Shown: positions 49,459 through 60,636 of the stretch, piece by piece | Position numbering within the stretch: the stretch's first letter is position 1 | Layout of the letters: each line of letters begins with the position of its first letter | Assembly (NCBI GenBank): GCA_048013815.1 | Contig: CM106585.1 | Location: forward strand, 7,440,001 to 7,504,000 | Reading direction: 5' to 3' | Length of the DNA stretch: 64,000 bases | Source of the DNA: Setoptus koraiensis | Taxonomy: Eukaryota > Animalia > Arthropoda | Notes under the pieces: model-generated | Told to the model about the DNA's origin: nothing | Databases searched by the model: none | What the model saw: the letters and a program-made list of their open reading frames with translations, nothing else | Program-made: the position numbers and the translations under genes

Positions 49459-49882
49459 TATCTCTATTTTTGGTGGGGGGTGCGTGTGGTTTTTCTCATT
49501 TTTGGTCATCGGCATTCAATTTGATTCCGTTGAATTATGTATCATTTTGAAGCTATTCTATAGGGCTATTTTTATGAGCTGTCAAATTTCTGGGCGGACA
49601 TTCCTGGGGCCCCACAAAATGGAGCCAAAGTTTTCTTTCGATTTTTTTCCGGACTTGAATTCGAGTCTAGGGAAAAATTATACCCTTTATAGATGCGTCT
49701 TTCAAAGATTCATCCAACGATACAAGAAACTTATCTCTATGACAAGAGACTGGGGCTCCAGAGGCCCTCAAAGCGAAAAACAGCAACGCCGCCTAGTGGC
49801 TAAACGTCGAACTAAAAGATGATGCAATTGGTATATTCGTGATCAGGAGGCTCTTCCAATCACGAAACCACTATATTCATGT

Positions 49883-50411
49883 ATGTCAGACCAGTTTGAT
49901 TCTGGAGACCCTAAATGCAACAGGCCCTTTGGTTTCTCATCAATAAATGTTCTGGGGTATGAAATAGACAAAGAAGGCATACATCCTATGGAAGATAAAG
50001 TGGCAGCCATTAGAATTGTGCCTGAACCGTTGAATTTGGATGATTTGCGTCGGTTTCTAGGATGTACGTCATTCTACAGACGTTTTATCATCGATTATGC
50101 TCAAAAGGCCGCCCCGCTTCTAGATTTGACCAAAAAAGAAGTGAAGTGGAGATGGCAGAATGAAGAGATCAAAGCTTTTTATGAGCTTATAAAAGGCCTA
50201 GTAAACGATGCCACAGTTGCCCACTTCAATCGTGACGCTCAACTAGAGATAAGGACAGATGCCTGCCGTGTCGGCATTGGCGCTATCCTACTACAGGAAG
50301 AGAACAAGGAAATGAAAATAGTCGCATGTGTGAGTCGCAGGCTATCAAACGCCGAAACAAAATACCCTACAACAGAGCTAGAGGGCCTGGCAATTGTGTT
50401 CGCTGTAAAAA
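49883..50411 (+). pseudogene. Ty3/gypsy RT-connection / RNase H fragment
   Basis: LGYEIDKEGIHP, LRRFLGCTSFYRRFI, RTDACRVGIGAILLQ, YPTTELEGLAIVFAV; cut by a HINE. Confidence 0.92.
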
Positions 50412-51974
50412 CAAGTGATCCTGGTTCAATCAGTATCTCGAGCGCTTAAATTTTGGATAGACGAGTATCGTTGGAACATGGATGCGAGCATGTGACAACA
50501 TGTCGAAGATACACATCTAAGCCTGTCAGATCAGAGTAGCCGAAAAGATGACAGAATAAATCCTAGTTCTCCAAATTGCTGTTGCAGCATGATAAACATG
50601 CTGATTGCTTGCGTACGAAATCTAATAAGATTCTAATGGTTCAGTCTCGCCATAATGAGTAATTTAGTTAGACACACTAATTGGTCAATGGCGCACACTT
50701 TGTTATAGTGCATCGATTTCGAATTTCGAAGATCGAGTTGTGACCATCGAACCCAAGAACACTGATCAACCAACTTTGAGCGAGCAGCTGGAACTCTCAT
50801 CAGGAATTCGAACTTTCAATTCTCGAAGTTCGGATTGTTACCATCGAACTCCGACCATTGAACACTGACCAACGAACACCGAATGAGCACCTGAAACTAT
50901 CATCAGGAATTCGAATTTTCGAATTTTCGAATTTTCGAATTTTCAATTTCGAAGTTCGAAATGCGACCATCGAACTCTGTACGAGCACCTGGAACTGGTT
51001 TCGGAAATTCGAATTTTCAATCTTCGAACTTCAAATTGTTACCACCGAACTTCGAACTGTGACCATCGAACACTGACCACCGAACATCAAACGAGCAGAT
51101 GGAACTGTCATCAGAAATTCGAATTTTCAATTTCGAAGTTCGAAATGTGACCATCGAACTCCGAATTGTTACCAGCGAACTTCGAATTGTGACCATCGAA
51201 CTCTGTACAAGCACCTGGAACTCCAAATTTCTTTCGCAGCATGATTCACATGTTGATTGCATGCGTACGGAATTTGGTAAGATTCTAATGGTCAGTTTCG
51301 CCGCAATGAATAATTTAGTTAGACACACCAATTAGTCAATGGCGCACGCTTAGTTATTGTGCATCAATTTCGAATATCGAAGTTCGAATTGTGACCATCG
51401 AACTCTGTACGAGCACCTGGAACTCGTATCGGAAATTCGAATTTTCAATTTAGAAGTTCGGAATGTGACTTCGAACTTCGAACATCGAACTCTGACCACC
51501 GAACATCGAACGAGCAGCTGTGACTCTTATCAGAAATCCGAATTTTCAATTTCGAATTTCCAAATTCGAATTGTGACCATCGAACTCTGACCACGGAACT
51601 CTGACCGTCGAACTCCGACAATGCAGCTGAAACTCTTATCAGAAATTCGAATTTTCAATTTCGAAGCTCGAATTGCGACCATCGAATTGTGACCATCGAA
51701 CTCTGACCACCGAACTTCGAACGAGCAGATGAAATTCTTATTAGAAATTCGAATTTTCTATTTTGAAGTTCGATTTGTCACCACCGAACTCCGCACAAAT
51801 GTGACCTAGTCAAATCTCCATAGAATTGCATACAAAATGTTTTCGAGTGAAGCGATAATAGACCAAGTCGAATCTACTTGACTAAGTCAAACCTCTATAG
51901 GATTACATAGTCACGTGAATAAACGTATCCATCATAACTACCCCAGTAGCTACTTAATTAAAATTAAGCGCTAA
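50412..51974 (-). mobile_element. HINE, complete
   Basis: Both ends present; TCGA-rich arrays. Confidence 0.85.
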
Positions 51975-51996
51975 TAAGCCCTTAATTAAAATTAAG

Positions 51997-52856
51997 GGTT
52001 GTTGTAGCGATTAGGTCCCCACTCAGAATTTGATGAAACTCTACACACGGGCTCTATAGGGGCCCCATATCACGATTTGAGTGGCCCGGAAGTGCGGAAA
52101 CTTCCGGTTCCGGAAATTCAAAAATATCGAGATATAGCTCTAAGAATTCAAAATCGGATAGATGACACCCATCGGAGAACGATGAACTCAAAATTGATCT
52201 TTCATCATTTTTGGTTCACGAGATATCACGGTCTATTTAATTAAGAGGTGTGGCCGGACCTGTGCGGTTGCGGTCGGCGGACCCATTCTGTGCATAGACT
52301 GAGCAATATCATGTATTGGCTTTTGTTTTAGTCATTACATCTCAGTATTCTTCTTGTTCTGGCCTATACACGTCATTAAGACGATCCCTACACCCGTGCA
52401 TGGATGGCAGTCACGTGAGCGGAGGGCTGAGGGCGCATCCCGAAACCCGAAGCGCTCATCAACCCTACCCGAAGGGTTCCCGTCGCACGCAGTCGTCGCG
52501 TGAGCGACGACGGAGTTGTGACGGCCTCCAGAATACGAGGCTGCAGGCCGAGTTCTAAGAACATTTGAAGGCTCATCCCTGAGTGTAGCGAAGCAATAAT
52601 TTGGTCACTTCCGGTCTTCCAACCCTTGTAATATCCCTATATCTGGCGAACCGGAAGTCGCATGAAGCTAAAATGTTGAGCGTAGCCTAAAATCTCTCTC
52701 TGGTGAATTTTAGAGCTCTAGCTTCAACTTCATGTAAAACCGGAACCGGAAGTCTCCGTACTTCCGGACTAGTTTTTCCGTTCTATTGGGGTCAAGGGAG
52801 ACCCATACCGGAAGTTTCATCAAGATCTGAGTGGGGACCTAATCGCTACAACAACC
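51997..52856. mobile_element. Merlin-type MITE
   Basis: TIRs GGTTGTTGTAGCGATTAGGTCCCC; core inverted at ~52405-52530; TSD imperfect. Confidence 0.85.
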
Positions 52857-53590
52857 AAAATTACAACGCCAACAGACGCATGATTTAATTCTCTGTGGGC
52901 CACTAAGTATTGGTTTATTTTCCTCCCAGAGGAGCAGCAGGAAATAAGCTGACTACTCGCTATTTTGGCCCGTACGAGGTCACCGAAGCAAGGGATCACG
53001 ACATTTACAAATTAAAATTATTGGACGAAAGCATCAGAAAGAAAAAAGTTATCTTATCTCATGTGGATAGAATAAAAGCCTTCAAACCGAGGGAGCCGAT
53101 CAGCATAACTTCTACACCGGCTATCATGAGTATAACTCTTATGTGCTCAATTATAGCATTACTCTCACTTTCAACAAGTGCAGAGGCTCATTTCAACTCG
53201 GCCGACCCACTGTTGTGGCGAGAAACAAAAATTCCACACATTGCCAGTAGCACAGAATGGGAACTGGAAGTACTTATCATCGACCTAATGTAAAACACTC
53301 TTTCACAATATTACTCCTGTGACGGCATTCAACGATAAAATCATCGAAAATTGTCAGACGCGATTCAAAGAGTTCGTTGAATACGAAATCGACAGACTAT
53401 GTCCTCACTCGGCAACACCTGAAAAGCGATTCGTGTTTGAATCGGCAACTATTATCGGAGTCGCCGTATCGGCAGTAGTAGCGGGCGAGTCAATGGTACA
53501 TAGCGCTCGCAACGAAGAAGAACTAGCAACAATAAGAGTGAAAACCAACGAACTAGTTAAATCCCAAAACGCAGCCATCGATGAAATAAG
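52857..53590 (+). pseudogene. Integrase C-terminus (GPY/F) in frame with env signal peptide, short N-terminal subunit, KR cleavage site and fusion peptide
   Basis: KLTTRYFGPYEV..YKL..HVDRIKAF, then IMSITLMCSIIALLSLSTSAEA, PLLWRET; frameshift ~53288; C..C..C PEKR|FVFESATIIGVAVSAVVAG plus heptad. Confidence 0.8.
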
Positions 53591-54187
53591 TTATACTGAT
53601 TATACCAGTATAAGAGCGCTTAATTTTTCCAGTGAACAATCTTGGAGGTTTGGACAGTTTATTAAGAAGTGATAAGTGCTAGCTGTCTCTAGAAAGTTTC
53701 AAGAATTCATCCTGGTGAGAACAGTTTCGAAAATAGCACATACTGTGGAAGGACCCGTGCCACAAAATGGCCTATAGCGCCAATACTAGAAACAGAAAAT
53801 TGATTAGACTTGCACAGATCGTGTATAGCATCGATCCACCTCCTCACATTACATTAACCTTTGCATGAGCCCGAGACTTAAAACTCAATCCACCTCCCTA
53901 GTAAATGTGTGTTTGGGAGGTGGACGAACTTTCGAATCTCAAGCTTGAGTGTACCTCCCACCTCCCAAGCACATTTCAGCCTACACACTCACTAAGCACT
54001 GATTATGCTAGTGCTAATTGTATGGTTGTAATGGTGAATTTTAGAGCTCTAGCTTCAACTTTATGTAAAACCGGAACCGGAAGTTTCCGCACTTCCGGAC
54101 TAGTTTTTCTGTTCTATTGGGGTCAAGGTCGACCCACACCGGAAGTTTCATCAAGATCTGAGTGGGGACCTAATCGCTACAACAACC
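53587..54187. mobile_element. HINE 3' fragment (minus, 53587-~54020) plus Merlin right arm (~54030-54187)
   Basis: Reverse complement of 49340-49458-type end; arm near-identical to 52700-52856. Confidence 0.8.
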
Positions 54188-54392
54188 GAGTATTGGACCA
54201 AAATAACACAATGGATTGACTACATGAAGATCGCTGTTTTAATTATAATCGCCGTCATGGCAATATTGGCCGTTAGATATATACTACGCAATCTCTCCAG
54301 TAGATCAGACCCTGCCTACTACAATAAATAAGAATAATACAAGCCAACCAATCTGGAGAAAGCCAATCGGTTTCAAGAGAAAGCGATTTTGA
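54188..54392 (+). pseudogene. Env C-terminal TM anchor and cytoplasmic tail
   Basis: EYWTKITQWIDYMKIAVLIIIAVMAILAVRYILRN...KRKRF* (not in the ORF track). Confidence 0.65.
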
Positions 54393-54817
54393 CAACTACT
54401 GGTAGCATATTCCTGTCGCTACTAGTAATATCCTCATATTCATTGACTACAGCTAAAAGATGCGATGTGCCATCGATGGATGGGAGAGTATTGACCAAAG
54501 ATCAGGCTCAAAAAGAAATAGACTTACTAAAAGAAGTAATCGACGCCATTTGCACCAAGGATAATGCCGATATAGTTTATGGCCAAAATACCTACTTAAA
54601 TACTGTAGCTTGTGCCCTCGCAAAGAGACAATTTAATTGTATGTGCCCCCCGAAGAAGGAACACATACCTATAATAACAGAGAGTAACATTGAGAAATTC
54701 AACTCATACGATCCGTCACAGGATCGAGCTGAGGAAATTCTTCAAGAAGCTAATGACAAGGTAGCAACTAATTTAAAAAAGCCTTCCATCCAAGAGAAAT
54801 GTCAGGATAATTCGTGA
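54389..54817 (+). CDS. Accessory ORF of LTR element: signal-peptide-like start, 6 Cys, no family recognised
   Basis: 142 codons, TTG start overlapping the env stop; lies between env and PPT. Confidence 0.6.
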   Translation: MTTTGSIFLSLLVISSYSLTTAKRCDVPSMDGRVLTKDQAQKEIDLLKEVIDAICTKDNADIVYGQNTYLNTVACALAKRQFNCMCPPKKEHIPIITESNIEKFNSYDPSQDRAEEILQEANDKVATNLKKPSIQEKCQDNS

Positions 54818-54920
54818 ATAATATCTAATCACAACCTATATATATATGCCGACGCCATATTATATGTAATAACAAACATCATGTATTATCTTATTAGAAA
54901 GATCGTGACGAATCTTTTCC

Positions 54921-55061
54921 GAAGGAGGGAGATGTTGTATCGCGCATGCGTCGCGTCTCCGTCTCCTTCGTAACACCCTGTATTTCTACTATGCACCATT
55001 AATATAAATATATGTAACCAAATATAATAAAGTTCAGTTGATACCCAAGCTCCTTACAACA
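54921..55061 (+). mobile_element. PPT (54921-54932) plus 129-bp 3' LTR (54933-55061)
   Basis: Purine run then TGTTGTA...AATAAA...TACAACA (perfect 7-bp terminal inverted repeat). Confidence 0.75.
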
Positions 55062-55506
55062 ACATACATTACATTTTTACTCCTACTATAAAGATGAGTC
55101 CGGAAGTACAGAAAATTCCGATTTTACATAAAGTTGTGGCGAGAGATCTGAAACTCACCTAACTGACGTTCTCAAAAACAAAAAACACTATGACATGTTT
55201 ATTACGAGTGGTAGCGGGGTGTATAGGTGGTCGTTCGAAGAAAAAATAGTCATTGTCCAAAAGAACGATCTCCAAAGCACCTCTATAGTTCACCATGTCT
55301 TACATGTATTCCAGAAACGAAAAATAAAACGGGTAAACGGTCATCCGTTTCGGACTCAGCTCGCCGAGATCTTCAAGAATAGACCAATTAGAAAAAAATC
55401 TGAGAGTTCATACTCCCTAGGTTACCTTGTTAAACCAACGCAGAACACTTTATTGACAATTCATATTGTACAACCGTAATTATATGACAGATGATGAGGT
55501 CATAAG

Positions 55507-58500
55507 TCAGTGTGGTTGCATCAAAGTGGAGGTGGCTGATGACCCCGGAGTGGGGCTAGAAGAATTATTAGTAGTATTGTTTGTATCACTATTGTCAGTT
55601 GCGGTATTTGTACCAATATTAGAGTTGTTTCCATTACCGATTTGTTGATCTTCGTGCCTCACACTACCATTATTAACGCTGGTATGTATGTTATTCAATA
55701 ATGCAGATGTATTGTTATTTTTGGTCACATCCTTCTCGTCGTCTTGTATTTGTACGGGCTCAAATTTGGTGGCCATCTTTGATATAATTAACTTTTGTAA
55801 ATGTACTATTGGCGATTCGTAAATTATTGTCAATGTAATTCCTAATGCATTTGAGAATACCAAATTGGAAACAAATATATAGACAAAAGTCAAATAGGAT
55901 GGCTCGATGAGTAGATTCATCGAGGCTGGATAGCTCATGACAACTAACATGTGTGCCAAATATGTCATGTATGTTGCTCTACCCAATGGTATAAATATTG
56001 GTAACGATAAGAAACGATTCAACCAGCCGCCCCGGCCCAAAACACAAGCCAAAATTGCCCAACCAGTGGCAAGGGCCCACAAAATCTGACACGAATGATA
56101 ATAAACTGAGCTCACTAGTCTAGTGTATGGTTCGTTCTTGTTCCAACCATAAGTGCTCCAAAGAATGCTCAGATAGGTCACCGAGAAGAATATCCATCCG
56201 TTTCTCACTTGGCTCTTGGTCAACTTTTTTATACATCTAGTGTATAATACAAAGCCCAACATCAATCCAACAAAATAGGCTGCTGCATGAGGGAACGGAG
56301 TCCAGAAGAATTTTCTAACAAGCGAATCCCAGATTTCACTGTATCGTGACGTTATGTCACCAAAAAAGAGAGCAACGTGTGAGATAATTGATCGATGAAG
56401 AGAGAAGATCGGTTGACGAAATGATCTTCAATTTACTTACAAGCGTTGAGGGTGGGTGGGCAACATGTTTGGAGGATAATGATTTGAGTAGTGCAAATAG
56501 AATGAGACCATAGTGAAACCTGTTGCCATAACCAAGGCCGTCATCATGCCCTTGAAGCGACTCTTCAACAATACAATGATTACTACCACTGACACAAAAT
56601 GGTAGAACATCTCGATGGAGAGCCACCAGGTAACAAGGTTGCACTGCAAAAATAGAGTTAATATGGTTTGGATTTTACATGTGTTAGTTCTTTTATAAAT
56701 GCGAAAATCAGTGACAAATCATTAGATTCAATTTGGATGTATATGATGCAACAACTTACTATCTGATCCGATCTGAAGAATGCCTGCAAATAAAGTGCGT
56801 TCACCCACCAATTATTCTGACAATTGTCCGATTCTTTTTGTATGAGACCCTTCCAAAATGGTCCCTCGCCCGTTAATGGAAACACAATAAATAGTAGTGT
56901 CACTAGCAACACTTGCGGTGTCAACCTGAGATATCTAGATACAATAAAGGCGCCCTTGTTGAAATGATCGTATTCACCCTTAGTTATTGACCACGTTACA
57001 TAGGTGGTGAGTAGGCCGCTAATTAAGAAAAATGTATCTACTGAGAAGGTGGCATTCAACAGTGGCTGAATGGCAAACGAGATGAGATTTTCCTCAATTT
57101 GAAAAGCGCGACCAAATCCGGCCCATTCTGTATATTGTAATGTGTGACCAAATATAATCCATGAAATAGTCCAAAATCTAAGACCGTGTATGCAACCAAT
57201 GTCGTTCGATCTATTTGATGTTTGTGTATCAAACAATTTTCTCATGTTACGCAACATAGAAAAGTGCATCATGCAAGACAAAAAGCGTTTCATTAATGGT
57301 GGTGTATAGCTCCATTCCTGACCATATTTTTCAATATTGAACACATGAGACATCGTTCCAAGTACAGAGACCAAAGCGAGACATATAAGGACAGTTATGG
57401 CAAATCGTTGCGATCGGTTAGTTCCTGCTACCTCCTTTTTTTGACATTCTACGCCGGAATACTGAAGTATTGCCTTTGATCCAACTGTCAATTTGATGAA
57501 TTGGGAACAAGATGTTATTTAGATATTTGCAATGTAAATTACACGCTGTTCATAGAATAGAATAAAGGTTGTTTCACAGTAAGAAAAATCTCCGTCGTGT
57601 CTTATATTAACGTGAGATTTTCTGATGAAAGTTTCCCAATTCTTTAGATCGCTAACGGACATGAGTTTTGTATCTGATATTCACGCATGAACTTTTTGCT
57701 TATTTTTTTTCTTCAAATTCGGCGCTCCGAAACGAGACTGAAGATGTTACGGATTCTTCCATTTAACGTTTAGCAACTAATCTGTATTAATTAGTGCAAC
57801 AATATTAAAAATTTAAGGTGCAAATCGACATCACTACCTGTAACAATACCGAGCCAACATCAATTTCATTTCATTTCATTTCAAGCCTACACTAATACAA
57901 TTAATTACTAATTACACAATACAATATTACAATCACCATGGTAAAGGCTGTTTGTGTTCTCAAAGGGGACGAGGGAGTGTCGGGAACAGTGTACTTCGAG
58001 CAGGATAAAGAAGGGGCGCCGGTCAAGGTAACTGGAGAAATCAATGGTCTTGAGCCTGGACAACATGGCTTCCATATTCATGAATTCGGCGACACAACCA
58101 ACGGATGCGTCTCCGCCGGACCACATTTCAATCTGACACCAACCAATCATCATGGTGGACCAACTGATTCCAACAGACACAATGGTGATTTGGGAAATGT
58201 CACCGCCGATGCCAACAAAAAAACTGTCGTCCAAATAACTGATGACCATATATCGTTGGCCAGAGCAAGCCAATTGAATATTGTCGGAAGATCATTGGTC
58301 GTTCACGCGAAACCTGACGATCTAGGCAAAGGTGGCGATGAAGAAAGTAAGTATTCTTCGCACTAGTACTTATTTTTTCAATTCTTTATACCAAAGAACC
58401 TGACATTAACAACACATCAAAAATTTATTCTCATATCAATAGGTCTCAAGACCGGTAATGCAGGAGGTCGATTAGTTTGTGGTGTCATTGGATTGACTAA

Positions 58501-60636
58501 AAGTTAGCTGTGGTCAAATTTGAATTAATACATCCGACTGGAAAATCGGATTGGTTACATTGTTACTTAGTAGACTTTCAGTGCAAATATTGCTGTTCTA
58601 CCGGTGTGATATAAAATGAATAATGACCACTTGTATCTCATCTCACATGGTTTGGGGTCACATCAGTTATATGTTGTCACAATTTAGCTTGGGATTACTT
58701 GGTCTCAGGTTTTGGTGAGAGTTTCTCGATTAAACTAAAACATTATTCACAAAACGCTCTGATGACGCTTGCTTTCATATTGCAACTATTGATGATGAGT
58801 CTAAAACCCACACTCTCATTCACTTTGTGTTCATAAATGACTGATTGAATAACTAATACGTGGACAAATATTGATGCCTGGACAATACTTTGTCAAGACG
58901 AGCAAGAAGTAACTCACCTGTTTTTGCCAATGACTCCACATCCAATTTTGAGCATTTAGTCGGCATGCAAGTGCCCAAACGTAATTTTGTGTAGTAGAAA
59001 TATTGAGCTTTCTTAGCAAAATGATTGAATAGCTGAAAATGGATTGATTTAAAATCGATGATGATTTGATTGACAGTTCATCCGAGCGGCGTTTGGTGTT
59101 TTGTTTGACATAGTAGATTTACATTGTTGTTATGTCACCAGAAACAAACATTAACATTAACAATTGTCGTAGGAGGAAATAGAAAAGAGTGTTGTTATAT
59201 GATGATTAATCATTAGTTAAAGTCAGTTCATGCTTGTCTGTTGCTGTTGATAGATAATCGTTGCTACAAAATGTCGAACACGGACATACATTCTTGAGGT
59301 TCATGTTTGTAACTCATGGGATGAATTGTTTATTTCTTCGCAAGTTGTCTAATGGTCTGAATGAATTTCCATATTGTTGCACAGACAATCGACATTTTTT
59401 CTCTTTCAGCTCTGTCGATTTGACAAACTTGATGCTATGTGAGTTGATAAAACTTCCTACACAAAAGAACACAAAGGTCGGGCTTGAAACCGCACTGCTG
59501 ACCGATCTAAAAAGACCACTCGAACGAACATTTACTCTTCGATTCAATATCGTTCGGCTATCCAGACAAACAGTTCCGTTAGGGTATGGACGAATGATAA
59601 ATGATGATGCAAAATCACCAAATGTCACAACGATCGATCAATGTAATCTATCTACTTACGTCTTGCTCCTGTGTGAAATTGGCCAAATCTGGTATGGTCG
59701 CCAGTATGTTGTGGAATCTTGGTCGCTTTGGAATGATGGGCTGATATTTTATTGTACAATACTGAGCCTCACCTATGAAGCTGTTGGGCTTCGTGTCTAT
59801 GCAACTATGATAAGAGCCCATACTATTGAAGGTACCCTCGAATATACCTTGTGCAGGGAAATCGCCCCATGCGTTCCACACTAGATTCATGAATAATTTT
59901 GATAGACGATAGGTTTTTATGAATTTCTAATCTCGACTAGACATAGTGATTCTTGTTAGCTCGAGAGCTGCGTTGGTTTCATCCAGCTCTAGCGATACTT
60001 ACTTTGTATTGCCCATCGATCGAGATGCTCTATACGGTCTAGAAGATGAGATATAGATTGTTGACAATCGGCACTGACAAGGGCTAAGCGCAACAGTTGA
60101 TTAATTGTTGGACGTGCCTCCTCTACTTTCTCTTTGGCGTATCGCTGGGCGTTTGATCGCATTAGTTTCCAAGCGTCATTGGCCAATGTAATGTCTACCT
60201 TATCGCTAGAATGATCATGATTCGAGTCATCCAGAAGAGTCTTCAATTTCCTCAATGACGAAGCCCTGATTATATTTGCTGAATTTATAATATCACTTGA
60301 ATTGGGCTGTTTTTTTCTCTCTTCATCATCGCTGCGAACAGAAAAAGGCGGATCAACAGATGCTATCGACAATAAATAGTTTAATGAATGTTGTTTTTGG
60401 CTGATGCTATTCTCTGTTCTTTGCTGATGATTCAAATCAATTAATAGTGAATCATCACCACTTGGTGATGATGATGATGGCTTCTTTTGTTGTATATCTA
60501 TGTTAGGTAACAGCGTATGCAGATCAATATTTGGCAAGACAACTGACACTTGTTGAGTCGGCATTAACACTATGATGGATACTATGACTAGTAAGAGTGA
60601 ATTTTTCACCCATGCGTTGGGCAATACTATTTTCAT
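55507..60636 (-). CDS. Nose-resistant-to-fluoxetine-6-like O-acyltransferase (NRF domain + Acyl_transf_3), 6 exons
   Basis: Exons 60636-60003, 59880-59660, 59032-58918, 57484-56760, 56643-56441, 56338-55507, all GT-AG with frame kept. Motifs [71 protein letters not shown]. Confidence 0.92.
57938..58507 (+). CDS. Sod1: Cu/Zn superoxide dismutase, 2 exons (57938-58346, 58443-58507)
   Basis: [50 protein letters not shown]: all metal ligands and both Cys present; GTAAGT..AG intron. Confidence 0.98.

Noticed and set aside
51988-52864. TSD for the MITE at 51997-52856
   Set aside because: Flanks match only 7/8 at best and continue into unrelated sequences (HINE end versus integrase), so this is likely a rearranged junction.
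59261-59884. 207-aa plus ORF and 104-aa minus ORF (59314-59628)
   Set aside because: They overlap exon 2 and intron 2 of the NRF-6-like gene; the true next exon is 59032-58918; no motif support.
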